Below are positions 39,588 to 48,972 of a DNA stretch of 64,000 nt, piece after piece (position 1 is the first letter of the stretch; the number at the start of each line of letters is the position of its first letter). This stretch comes from Candidatus Omnitrophota bacterium (GTDB lineage: Bacteria > Ratteibacteria > UBA8468 > MWAK01), in assembly GCA_043826355.1 (NCBI GenBank), contig JBDRQI010000003.1, forward strand, positions 18,157-82,156. Direction: 5' to 3'. The position numbers and the translations under genes were made by a program. A model generated the notes under the pieces. It was not told the DNA's origin. It was given only the letters and a program-made list of their open reading frames with translations, and did no database searches.

Positions 39588-40682
39588 TTATACTTTGGGT
39601 GGTGGCGCTGTTTCCTGGTCAACCGATAACATGCGTTTTTCCAACTGTTCTCCATCATAAGAGGCTTCAGCTGCCTCATGGCGAGTTATTATACCCCGGA
39701 AATACGCTTCCAGTAAAGACTGGTCCATAGTTTTCATACCATGCTTCATTCCGGTTTGAATTTCAGAGACGATCCGATAAGTTTTCTTTTCCCGGATGAG
39801 GTTGGCGATAGCCGCCGTGGCAACCATTATTTCGTAAACCGCGATGCGTCCCTTTTTGTCAGACCGGGCCAAAAGCTGCTGTGAAACAACCGCTAAAATG
39901 GAAGCCGAAAGCATTACCCGAATCTGCTCCTGTTCTTCGATGGGAAACGATTCCACAATACGGTCAACGGTGCGGGAGGCGCCGGTAGTGTGCAGAGTCG
40001 CAAAAACAAGGTGCCCGGTTTCGGCCGCAGTTATCGCCGCTCGAATCGTTTCGGTATCGCGCATTTCACCAACCAAAAATACATCCGGATCCTGCCGCAG
40101 GCCTCTTCTTAAACCCTCGGAAAAATTTGGCAGGTCAACACCCAATTCCCGTTGGGAAATAATAGATTTTTTATGTTGGTGGTAATATTCAATCGGGTCT
40201 TCAACGGTAATAATGTGCCGGTCCATCGTTTCGTTAATGTGGTTGATCATGGTTGCCAACGTGGTGGTTTTTCCGCAACCGGTCGGACCGGTTATCAAAA
40301 AAAGCCCCCGGGGCCGGCTCAAAAGCTCAACTACTTTTGGACCAAGACCCAGATATTCAAAAGAATAGAATTTATACGGAATAAGCCGCAGGGAAATTGC
40401 AATTTCGCCTTTCTGCCGATAAACAGCCACCCGGAACCGGGCCAGGTCCTTAAAAGCGAATCCGAAATCGGTGCTGCCGACTTTCGCCAACTCTTCCTGG
40501 TGTTGATGGGAAGTAATTGATTTCATATAGCCAACGGTGTCTTCCGGGGTGAGCGGCTCCTGGTCCATATTCACCAAACTGCCATGCAACCGCATCGTCG
40601 GTGGACGGTGAGAGTGAATATGCAAATCGGATCCATCCTCCTTAATAATTCGCGTCAGTAGTTCGTCTAACGGCAAAGCCAT
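39588..40682 (-). CDS. pilT: Type IV pilus retraction ATPase
   Basis: GSDLH, GPTGCGKTTT, EDPIE, AAETGH, AIANLIRE and GMKTMDQSL motifs. Confidence 0.93.
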   Translation of the reverse strand: MALPLDELLTRIIKEDGSDLHIHSHRPPTMRLHGSLVNMDQEPLTPEDTVGYMKSITSHQHQEELAKVGSTDFGFAFKDLARFRVAVYRQKGEIAISLRLIPYKFYSFEYLGLGPKVVELLSRPRGLFLITGPTGCGKTTTLATMINHINETMDRHIITVEDPIEYYHQHKKSIISQRELGVDLPNFSEGLRRGLRQDPDVFLVGEMRDTETIRAAITAAETGHLVFATLHTTGASRTVDRIVESFPIEEQEQIRVMLSASILAVVSQQLLARSDKKGRIAVYEIMVATAAIANLIREKKTYRIVSEIQTGMKHGMKTMDQSLLEAYFRGIITRHEAAEASYDGEQLEKRMLSVDQETAPPPKV

Positions 40683-40706
40683 ATTTCCTCCTTTTTCCGC
40701 AATCCC

Positions 40707-42413
40707 CTAGTCCAGCCCGGTAGCCGAAATCACTTCGTCGTAAGTAGTTATCCCTTTTTTTACCTTAATTAATCCGTCTTCACCCATAGTGCGCATACCG
40801 GAACGGCGGGCGGCGAGCCTTATTTCACTGCTGGGTGCTTTACGCAAAACCAACTGTCGTATTTCATCGTTTACAATAAAGATTTCAAATATTCCTTTTC
40901 GGCCGCGGAAACCGGTATTGTTGCAACTTTCACAACCACCGGGTCGGCAGACGTCAACCTTTTCATCCGGTCCTATTCTCAAAATTTCTTTCTCTGCCTC
41001 GGTCGGCTGATCGTGAACTTTACAGGAGGGACAGAGGATTCGGACCAGGCGCTGGGCCATCACACCCTGAAGCGAAGAAGCCACCAGAAAAGGCGCGGTT
41101 CCAAGGTCAATCAACCGGGTGGCGGCTGCGGTGGCATCATTGGTGTGTAACGTGGAAAAAACCAGGTGGCCGGTCAGGGCGGCGCGTAAAGCGATATCCG
41201 CCGTTTCGAAATCACGAATCTCACCAACCAGGATTACATCCGGCGCCTGACGCAAAAGGCTGCGCAGAATCAAGGAAAAAGTCAGACCTATTTCGGTCCG
41301 CACCGGGGTTTGATTAATTCCTTCGATCTGGTATTCAACCGGTTCTTCCACGGTCATAAGTTTACGGTCTGTGGTGTTAAGCGATGAGAGTGAAGTATAA
41401 AGAGTCGTTGTCTTACCGCTTCCGGTTGGCCCGGTTACCAGAACGATTCCTCCGGAATAACGGAGTAATTCGTTCCACTTTGCTTCATCTTCGGTCAAAA
41501 ATCCCAGCTGGTTCATGTTTAGCAACATTGAACTTTTATCCAGGATTCTCATTACGATGCTCTCACCGTAAATCCCCGGCAAAGAACTGACTCGCAAATC
41601 AATCTGCCGACCGCCGGCCCGAATCATAATCCGGCCGTCTTGAGGCAACCGTTTTTCGGCCAGGTCCATTCCCGCCATCAGTTTAAACCGGGCAATTAAA
41701 GAACTCTGGAGAATACGCGGTGGGCTGATGGTTTCGTGAAGAACGCCGTCAATCCGGTAACGAATCCGGAACAGATCCTCCAGAGGTTCAACGTGAATAT
41801 CGCTGGAACGTTTGTTGAGGGCATCGGTAATAATTGCGTTTGCCAACCGGATGACCGGTGCCTCCATAGCATCTTCCTGTCCTTCTTGTGGCTTGCCGAC
41901 CGCAGTGAGGCTTTCTTCATTAACTTCTCCGGTATAACCCTTGTCCACCTTCCCTAAAATAGAAATAAAATCTTCTTTTTCCAGGCCGTAAAACTTACCT
42001 AAAAAAGTTTTAATGCTCTCGCTGTCGGTAATTTCCAGCTTTAGCTTAGTCACGTTCAGGAAGATTTTCAGGTTGTCAATAACCAGGTAGTTTAACGGTT
42101 CATCGGTTGCTAAAACCAGCGTTTCGCCATCAAGTTCAATCGGCACAACATGGTGCTCCCGGGCAAAACTGGAGGTCACTTTTTCAATAACATCCGGGGG
42201 TATTTCGGAAAAAGCCAGCGGCGCCGGGGTTATTCCGATCTGAGACAATAAAGAAACACTGGATCCTGACCCGGCAAGGTAGCCCAAATCATTCAACACC
42301 TTCTTGATCGACCCGGATTTCCGCAACTGCTCTTTGACTGCCGCATCTATCTGCTTACGGTTTAAAAATCCGATATTTTCAATAACCCGGAGAATTTTGC
42401 TGGCGGTATGCAT
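40707..42413 (-). CDS. Second GspE/PilB assembly ATPase
   Basis: SSDIHVEP, LPQDGR, GPTGSGKTTT, STLHTND and CPSC...CESC motifs. Confidence 0.93.
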   Translation of the reverse strand: MHTASKILRVIENIGFLNRKQIDAAVKEQLRKSGSIKKVLNDLGYLAGSGSSVSLLSQIGITPAPLAFSEIPPDVIEKVTSSFAREHHVVPIELDGETLVLATDEPLNYLVIDNLKIFLNVTKLKLEITDSESIKTFLGKFYGLEKEDFISILGKVDKGYTGEVNEESLTAVGKPQEGQEDAMEAPVIRLANAIITDALNKRSSDIHVEPLEDLFRIRYRIDGVLHETISPPRILQSSLIARFKLMAGMDLAEKRLPQDGRIMIRAGGRQIDLRVSSLPGIYGESIVMRILDKSSMLLNMNQLGFLTEDEAKWNELLRYSGGIVLVTGPTGSGKTTTLYTSLSSLNTTDRKLMTVEEPVEYQIEGINQTPVRTEIGLTFSLILRSLLRQAPDVILVGEIRDFETADIALRAALTGHLVFSTLHTNDATAAATRLIDLGTAPFLVASSLQGVMAQRLVRILCPSCKVHDQPTEAEKEILRIGPDEKVDVCRPGGCESCNNTGFRGRKGIFEIFIVNDEIRQLVLRKAPSSEIRLAARRSGMRTMGEDGLIKVKKGITTYDEVISATGLD

Positions 42414-42463
42414 AATATTATTTAATGGTAATTGTTTATTTTTGTCAAGACCCAGGTGTCATT

Positions 42464-44137
42464 TCACATTCGTTCCGGCGCGTATACATTAAGCAAGAAA
42501 AGTCCTTTCTTTAAAACACTCGCTAAACCTGAAACCAGCGACAACCGGGCCAGGGACAGGTTTGCATCGGGACCGACTATTTGGCAACGTTGGTAATACT
42601 GGTGGAAGGTTTTTACCAGCGCAAGAAGGTAAGTCAGCAGGATTTGCGGCTCCAAATTTTGCGCCGCCATTAGAACCGACGGGCCAAATCGGCTTAGCGT
42701 TAACATTAACTCCAACTCCTCCGGTTCCTGAAGTAAACTTAAATCAATCTTTTCCGGGTCAAGGCTGACACCGGGCATCTTTTCCTGCTGATACCGGAAG
42801 ATGGAGGTGATGCGCGCCGTCGCATACTGCAGGTAAAAAACGGGGTTTTCGGCGGAATCCTTTTTGGCCAGCTGCAGATCAAAATCAAGGTGGCTATTGG
42901 CTTTCCGGGAGAGAAAGAAAAACCTGGTCACGTCCGGGGACAATTCTTCCGTTAAAACAGAAAGGGGTAAAAATTCTCCCCGGCGTGTTGACATTTTCAA
43001 TTTTTCCTCACCCCGAAAGAGGGTTGTTAACTGAACAATAACAATCTTGATTTTCTCCGGGTTAAAACCTAAAAAGGAAACGCCTGCTTTTAAACGGCTC
43101 ATATAACCATAATGGTCCGGACCCCAAAGATTTATAATCAGGTCATATCCTTTTTGAAACTTAACCCGATGGTACGCCAAATCCGGAGCCAGGTAAGTAT
43201 ACGAACCGTCTTTCTTGCGTAAAACCCGGTCTTTATCGTCACCGAAAGGAGTGGTCTTCAGGAAAAGAGCGCCTTCGGAAACATAGGTCACGCCCAACTT
43301 TTCCAAAATGCGTAGAGTTTCCAGAACCAGACCCTGTTCGGTCAACTCACGCTGGCTCTGATACGAGTCAAAAACAACCCCGAAATTAAGCAAGTCGCGC
43401 TTGATAACTTTCAGAATTTCCTGTATTGCCGCCCGGCTAAAAAATTCAGGCTCCTTCTCCTTTACGGCCGAGCCGAATTCCGATACCAGTTTCTGCGCGA
43501 TGGAAACCAGGTATTCACCCTGGTAACCATCTTCCGAAATCCGCAGTTCTTCCCCGGAAAGCATCCGACAGCGAACCTTCAGGGATTCACCCAGAAGGTC
43601 GATTTGGCGGCCTTCGTCATTCAGGTAATATTCTTTGGTGACCTGGTAACCGCTGTGGGACAGGATTCGGCCGAGCGCCTCACCAAAAGCAGCCTGTCTT
43701 CCGTGGGCGATCGTCAGGGGTCCGGTCGGGTTTGCGCTTACAAATTCCAATAAGACTTTTTTACCCTGACCAATATCTGCAACACCGGCTTCATTATTTT
43801 CAATAATTAACCTCAACTCCTCCTGCAACGCTTTCGGATTAAGGTGAAAATTCAGAAAAACAGGAAGAACAACGTCAATTTTTTTTATAAACAAACAACC
43901 CCGGTTTTTTAAAACTGTGCCCAGCGCATGGGAAAATTCCCGAAACAATCTCTCCCGCGGCAGGGTAGAGGGTATCCGGCTCAGAATCGGAGTGCAGTAC
44001 TCTCCGTATCCTCTTTCCCGGGGAATGGTAACGTCATTCTTTTGTACTAAATAATCTTGCGTAAAAATTTCCTTCCTGCGAAAAATATCAACCGTTTCCT
44101 GCAAAGCATCCGCCAGTTGTTGAATTATATCGGTCAT
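42464..44137 (-). CDS. argS: Arginine--tRNA ligase
   Basis: EFVSANPTGP, DDKDRV, KMSTRRG, NPVFYLQYA and APERM motifs. Confidence 0.97.
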   Translation of the reverse strand: MTDIIQQLADALQETVDIFRRKEIFTQDYLVQKNDVTIPRERGYGEYCTPILSRIPSTLPRERLFREFSHALGTVLKNRGCLFIKKIDVVLPVFLNFHLNPKALQEELRLIIENNEAGVADIGQGKKVLLEFVSANPTGPLTIAHGRQAAFGEALGRILSHSGYQVTKEYYLNDEGRQIDLLGESLKVRCRMLSGEELRISEDGYQGEYLVSIAQKLVSEFGSAVKEKEPEFFSRAAIQEILKVIKRDLLNFGVVFDSYQSQRELTEQGLVLETLRILEKLGVTYVSEGALFLKTTPFGDDKDRVLRKKDGSYTYLAPDLAYHRVKFQKGYDLIINLWGPDHYGYMSRLKAGVSFLGFNPEKIKIVIVQLTTLFRGEEKLKMSTRRGEFLPLSVLTEELSPDVTRFFFLSRKANSHLDFDLQLAKKDSAENPVFYLQYATARITSIFRYQQEKMPGVSLDPEKIDLSLLQEPEELELMLTLSRFGPSVLMAAQNLEPQILLTYLLALVKTFHQYYQRCQIVGPDANLSLARLSLVSGLASVLKKGLFLLNVYAPERM

Positions 44138-44487
44138 AATTTCTTCGATTCCGTCTTTAAGCTGTCCAGGATCTCTTCCACTTTTTCCACCCGGAGCAGT
44201 TCTTCATCCAGGACGAATTCAATCTCCGGTTGAAAACGCAGGCGAAGATTGCGAGCCAGGGCGCGTTTTAGTGTCGGTTTGTTCTGCGTCAATATCTTTT
44301 CGGCCTGAATGCGTTCCACCTCGCTCCCGATGGAAGTAAAATAAACCCTGGCGTTACGTAAATCCGCAGAGATGGTAACCTGGGTAATGTTTATCTTCCA
44401 TCCTTCAGGGTCCGGTATTTCCTTTTGGAGAGATTCCGCCAGAATGCGGTGAATTTTGCCGGCTACTCTTAACGGTCTGTGCTTCAT
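44134..44487 (-). CDS. rbfA: Ribosome-binding factor A
   Basis: ITQVTISADLRNARVYF and LRFQPEIEF..D motifs. Confidence 0.92.
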   Translation of the reverse strand: MKHRPLRVAGKIHRILAESLQKEIPDPEGWKINITQVTISADLRNARVYFTSIGSEVERIQAEKILTQNKPTLKRALARNLRLRFQPEIEFVLDEELLRVEKVEEILDSLKTESKKL

Positions 44488-44669
44488 TTTAATGCCAATT
44501 TAAAAACAGCCACAAAGTACGGCGAAAGTTATCAAGGATTTTAAACCCTGCGCCTGTATGCCTTTTTTTGTTCTTCACTATGTGCCTCAATATCTTTGTG
44601 CCTAACTTATTTCCCTTTTGTTTGATTATTATAGTATAATTTAAGTGATTTTGACAAAAGAAAACGGCT

Positions 44670-46766
44670 ATGAAAAAAAGAATCCTAAGAGAGATAGCGG
44701 CTTTTGCATATGGCACCATCGGTCTTTTCTTAATCATCTCGCTGTTTTCTTACTCGGCCTTTGACCCCACTTTTTCCTTCTTCACCAACTATCCGGTCAG
44801 CTTCGCGCCCCAGAACCTGGGAGGTTACGCCGGTTCGTTTCTGGCCGGTTTTCTCCTGAATATCTTTGGTTGGCCGGCCTTTCTTTTTCCGATTGCCCTA
44901 TTCTTTTACGCCTATCAAACCTATCAAAAAGAAGAAGTTGTTCCGCCGGAACGGGTCGTCTTCGTCTGTCTCGCGGTAATTATTGCCGGCGGGCTTCTGG
45001 GTCATCTTGCCGATCCGGTGATTTTGGAAAACTTGACACCGTCCGGAAGAAACTTTGCCTCTTTTCCGGCCGGCGGAATTCTGGGTTATTTTCTGGCCGA
45101 ACACGGGAGAAACCTCTTTGGAAAAACCGGCCTGGTAATTATTCTTCTGGCGGCTTTAATTGTTCTGCTTTCCGTAACCTTCAACATCCCTCTTTCCCGA
45201 TTCAAACGGAAATTTCAATTCGAAAGCACCATCCGGCCAGCAATAAAAAAAGAGGGTTTAATAGAAAAAGAACCGGTTTTTGTGCCGGCGACAAAACTGG
45301 AAGCGCCGAAGGTCAATCCGTCAAAAATACGCGCCCGGAAGGAACGTGACAAAAAGCGGGAGGAAACGCCGACCGCCATAACGCCTGTTTCCACCATCTT
45401 CACCCTGCCAACCCCGGACATTCTTTCTCCGGTTGTTTCCGAAGAACAGGCCAATCTTGACCTTGACCGTTATCGGAGCGTAATTGAAGATACTATCGCG
45501 GATTTTGGAATTATGGTAAAAGTAGTGGAATGCAACCAGGGACCCACCATCACGATGTTTGAACTGGAACTTTCGCCCGGGGTCATGCCGCAGCGCATCG
45601 TCAGCCTTTCTGATAATCTGGCAATGGCTTTGCGGGCAACCAGCGTACGCGTAGTGCCGCTGCCCGGAAAATCTACCCTGGGCGTAGAGGTCCCCAACCC
45701 TAAAATGTCCATCGTCCAAATATCGGAAATAATCACCGCGCCGGAGTTCGTCCAGCACCGTTCCAAACTGGCCCTGGCCCTGGGAAAAGATACGCTTGGC
45801 CGGCCGCTGGTCGCGGATCTGCGCAATATGCCCCATCTTTTGATTGCCGGCGCCACCGGCAGCGGCAAAAGCGTCTGTCTGAACAGTCTTTTACTCTCCC
45901 TTCTTTTCCGGACCACTCCGGAAGAAACCCAGTTCCTGCTCATCGACCCGAAAATGGTGGAAATGACCATTTACCGGGATATTCCGCACCTGCTTCTCCC
46001 GGTCATTACGGAAACTAAAAGCGCCATTGAGGCCCTGAAATGGATGGTGGGGGAAATGGAAAGGCGCTACCGGCTCTTTTCCCAGAACAATGCCCGCAGT
46101 ATCGATATTTATAACAACCGTGAAGTGGAGCGTATTCCATATATTGTAGTGGTGGTAGACGAACTGGCCGATTTAATCACGACAGCACGCACCGATGTAG
46201 AGTTAAGCATCATTCGGCTTTCCCAGTTAGCGCGTTCCGCCGGTATCCACCTCATTATCGCAACCCAGCGGCCTTCGGTTAATGTCATTACCGGAGTAAT
46301 CAAAGCCAATTTCCCGGTCCGAATCGCTTTTCAGGTAGCCTCCAAAGTTGACAGCCGGACCATTCTCGATGCTAACGGCGCCGAAAAACTTCTGGGGCGA
46401 GGGGATATGCTTTACCTTTCGCCGGCCGGGCTCCATCCCACCAGGGCTCAAGGTTGTTACCTGCCGGATTCCGAAATTGAAAAGGTAAGCGAATTCTGGA
46501 AAAAACAAGGCAAGGGTCCCACCTATGATTTGGATTTTATCCGGGAGAGCAACGGGGAAGAAGGCTCCGAACAATTTACCGGTGAAGACCCGCTTTTTAA
46601 AGAAGCGGTTCAGATTGTCCTGACACACCAGTCCGCTTCCATTTCGCTCCTGCAAAGAAGGCTTAAGATTGGTTTTAACCGCGCCGCCCGACTGATTGAG
46701 GAGATGGAAAGCCAGGGTATTGTGAGTCCGTACCGAGACGGCAAGCCACGGGAAATCCTCCGTTGA
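44670..46766 (+). CDS. ftsK: DNA translocase FtsK/SpoIIIE
   Basis: N-terminal TM domain, PHLLIAGATGSGKS, ATQRPS, AEKLLGRGDML and gamma-domain SISLLQRRL motifs. Confidence 0.97.
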   Translation: MKKRILREIAAFAYGTIGLFLIISLFSYSAFDPTFSFFTNYPVSFAPQNLGGYAGSFLAGFLLNIFGWPAFLFPIALFFYAYQTYQKEEVVPPERVVFVCLAVIIAGGLLGHLADPVILENLTPSGRNFASFPAGGILGYFLAEHGRNLFGKTGLVIILLAALIVLLSVTFNIPLSRFKRKFQFESTIRPAIKKEGLIEKEPVFVPATKLEAPKVNPSKIRARKERDKKREETPTAITPVSTIFTLPTPDILSPVVSEEQANLDLDRYRSVIEDTIADFGIMVKVVECNQGPTITMFELELSPGVMPQRIVSLSDNLAMALRATSVRVVPLPGKSTLGVEVPNPKMSIVQISEIITAPEFVQHRSKLALALGKDTLGRPLVADLRNMPHLLIAGATGSGKSVCLNSLLLSLLFRTTPEETQFLLIDPKMVEMTIYRDIPHLLLPVITETKSAIEALKWMVGEMERRYRLFSQNNARSIDIYNNREVERIPYIVVVVDELADLITTARTDVELSIIRLSQLARSAGIHLIIATQRPSVNVITGVIKANFPVRIAFQVASKVDSRTILDANGAEKLLGRGDMLYLSPAGLHPTRAQGCYLPDSEIEKVSEFWKKQGKGPTYDLDFIRESNGEEGSEQFTGEDPLFKEAVQIVLTHQSASISLLQRRLKIGFNRAARLIEEMESQGIVSPYRDGKPREILR

Positions 46767-46769
46767 TTT

Positions 46770-47396
46770 CTACGGAATATTTTCTAAATCAAACACGAAA
46801 TCCAGTGGTGCCTCCTCTGGTTTTATGATCCGCAAAGTAATTTTACCCTTATCCGATAATATATCGGCCGAAAAATATAACTTTTGCTGACTGAATATCA
46901 TATATTCTCTTGCCATGTCATACCCCCGGTGAAATGTCTCAAGAATCGGGACCTCCCGGTCATCTTTCAAAATCACCGCCTTGTAATCACGGTCAAAAAA
47001 GTCATTCATGCTGTAAAGGGTAACTTCAAAATAAGGTTCTTTGTGTTTTTCCGCGCAAAGACGACAGATAACTTCGGTATCCATCTCAGAATTATCCCTG
47101 GCCGAGTTTCGGGCCATCAAAGCCAGACAGTAATAAGGCGTAAAAATGGTCGCGCTTCCCTTGCCGTGGTCGTAACCCAAAAAGACGGTCCAGGGTTTTT
47201 TAAAATCAACCAGTAAATCGTCTTTGTGTTTTTTCCCATAATCAATTGCCGCGCTGATTTCTGCGGCGATCATTGCGGGGGGCACATTCGGCGCCGTGGC
47301 GATCTCTTTTTTAACGGATTTTTTATGCGCCAGAATAGCCACCAGCACTCCTGCAATCACAACTGTAATAATCACCGTTAACCATCTTATTTTCAT
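46770..47396 (-). CDS. Hypothetical protein with N-terminal membrane anchor
   Basis: 208-aa ORF with GGAGG SD, ATGA overlap with cca and a hydrophobic N-terminus. Confidence 0.75.
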   Translation of the reverse strand: MKIRWLTVIITVVIAGVLVAILAHKKSVKKEIATAPNVPPAMIAAEISAAIDYGKKHKDDLLVDFKKPWTVFLGYDHGKGSATIFTPYYCLALMARNSARDNSEMDTEVICRLCAEKHKEPYFEVTLYSMNDFFDRDYKAVILKDDREVPILETFHRGYDMAREYMIFSQQKLYFSADILSDKGKITLRIIKPEEAPLDFVFDLENIP

Positions 47397-48808
47397 CCCT
47401 CCTCCAATTTTTGCGCGGGCAATAAAACAAATCGCTTTTTTTCGCTTACCAGATACTTTTTCAAATCACGTTTCCGGTTGGGAATTTCACCCTCTAAAAC
47501 CAGGCGTTCCAGCTCCGATTTAACCTTGCCTACCAACGGACCGGCTTTAATCTCCAATAATTTCATGATTTCGTTACCGTTAATAGCCAGGCTAAAGACC
47601 GCGGTCCGCTGTTCCTTTTTCCATTCCCGGATCTTGTTTTCCAAATCGGCTATGTCGGCCAGACCTTTGCGGACTTTTCCTTCGTTGTTACTGGTCAGGT
47701 CCGCGGCGGCTAAAACAAAAAGGCTTTTCAGGTCTTTACCGCAATCTTTGACCAGGTGGTTTATCGCCCGCTTGCTGGCGCCTTCTTCATTTACTCCGGC
47801 GCCGGCCAGATAATGGGGTCGAAGATGAAGTTCGATCAATTTATAAACTTTTTCCCGGACCGGATTTCCGATATTGAACCGCCGCGTCACCTCCAGCCAG
47901 ATTCTGGCGCCCTTAATTGGATGGTCATGAAAAGCCCAGCCTTCTCCCGGAATAAACTGCTGGGTAACCGGCTTGCCGACATCATGAAAGAGCGCGGCCA
48001 ACCGGGTAGTCAAGTCCTTCGTCCGACGGCTGACCCGGTCCAGAACAATCAGGGTGTGGCGGAAAACATCCTTGCAATTGCGGTCATCGGCCGCCACTAC
48101 GTTCTTCAGGTTTTCAATCTCCGGCAAAATCAGCGGTAAAAGTTGCAGATGGTCCAGCAAAACTATGCCGGCGGCCGGCTGCGGTATATCCATGGTCCGC
48201 AAAAACTCATCGGCAATTCGTTCCCGGCTCACAATCTTCAGGCGCTCCCGGTTACGGATTATCGCCGCTTCGGTCTGAGGATGAATTACAAAATTCAAAC
48301 GGCTGGCAAAACGAACTGCCCGCAACATCCGCAAAGGGTCATCAAAAAAAGTCTTGTCCGGATCAATTGGCGTCCGGAGTATCTTGGCCTTAATGTCTTC
48401 CCGACCCGCAAACAAATCAATCATCTTTCCGTCTTTCAGCGAAAGAGCAAGGGCGTTGATGGTAAAATCCCGCCGTTTCAGGTCATCTGTCAGTTCGGAG
48501 GCGACAATTTTCGGTTTCCGGGAATGAACCAGGTAACTCTCTTTGCGGCAGGTAGCAAACTCCAAGGTTATTTTTCCGCTCTGAAGCATGGCCGTTCCGA
48601 AGCGGCTGTAAAAGATCGGCGGTTTCAGGGAAAGAAGTTTCGCCACTTTTCCGGCAAAGATAATGGCGTCGCCTTCAATCACAAAATCAAGGTCATGGCA
48701 GGCGCGGTGCAGAATCCGGTCGCGCAGATAACCGCCGACCAGATAGACCGGCCAGTTACCCTTTTTTGCTAAATCCGAAACGGCGGCGATTATCTCTTTT
48801 TCCGTCAT
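47393..48808 (-). CDS. cca: CCA tRNA nucleotidyltransferase / HD-domain protein
   Basis: VGGYLRD, DLD, RRDFTINA, DDPLRMLR..RF and FHDVGK motifs; specificity (CCA versus poly(A)) not proven. Confidence 0.85.
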   Translation of the reverse strand: MTEKEIIAAVSDLAKKGNWPVYLVGGYLRDRILHRACHDLDFVIEGDAIIFAGKVAKLLSLKPPIFYSRFGTAMLQSGKITLEFATCRKESYLVHSRKPKIVASELTDDLKRRDFTINALALSLKDGKMIDLFAGREDIKAKILRTPIDPDKTFFDDPLRMLRAVRFASRLNFVIHPQTEAAIIRNRERLKIVSRERIADEFLRTMDIPQPAAGIVLLDHLQLLPLILPEIENLKNVVAADDRNCKDVFRHTLIVLDRVSRRTKDLTTRLAALFHDVGKPVTQQFIPGEGWAFHDHPIKGARIWLEVTRRFNIGNPVREKVYKLIELHLRPHYLAGAGVNEEGASKRAINHLVKDCGKDLKSLFVLAAADLTSNNEGKVRKGLADIADLENKIREWKKEQRTAVFSLAINGNEIMKLLEIKAGPLVGKVKSELERLVLEGEIPNRKRDLKKYLVSEKKRFVLLPAQKLEEG

Positions 48809-48972
48809 ATCTTAATATTATACAACACTTTCCAAAGGATGCACTAAGGAAGTAGAAACAAATGCGCCGGGTTGAGAACTACACTCGTCCCGGCCATTCG
48901 CCGAAGAAACAAAGAGGGTGCAACATCTGGCAGGGTTGAATTCGGCTCTCCGGGTATGTTAAAATGTGAAAC

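Noticed and set aside
48862..48939. Leucine attenuator leader peptide
   Set aside because: The 25-aa ORF has no Leu codons and no terminator hairpin with a U-tract follows
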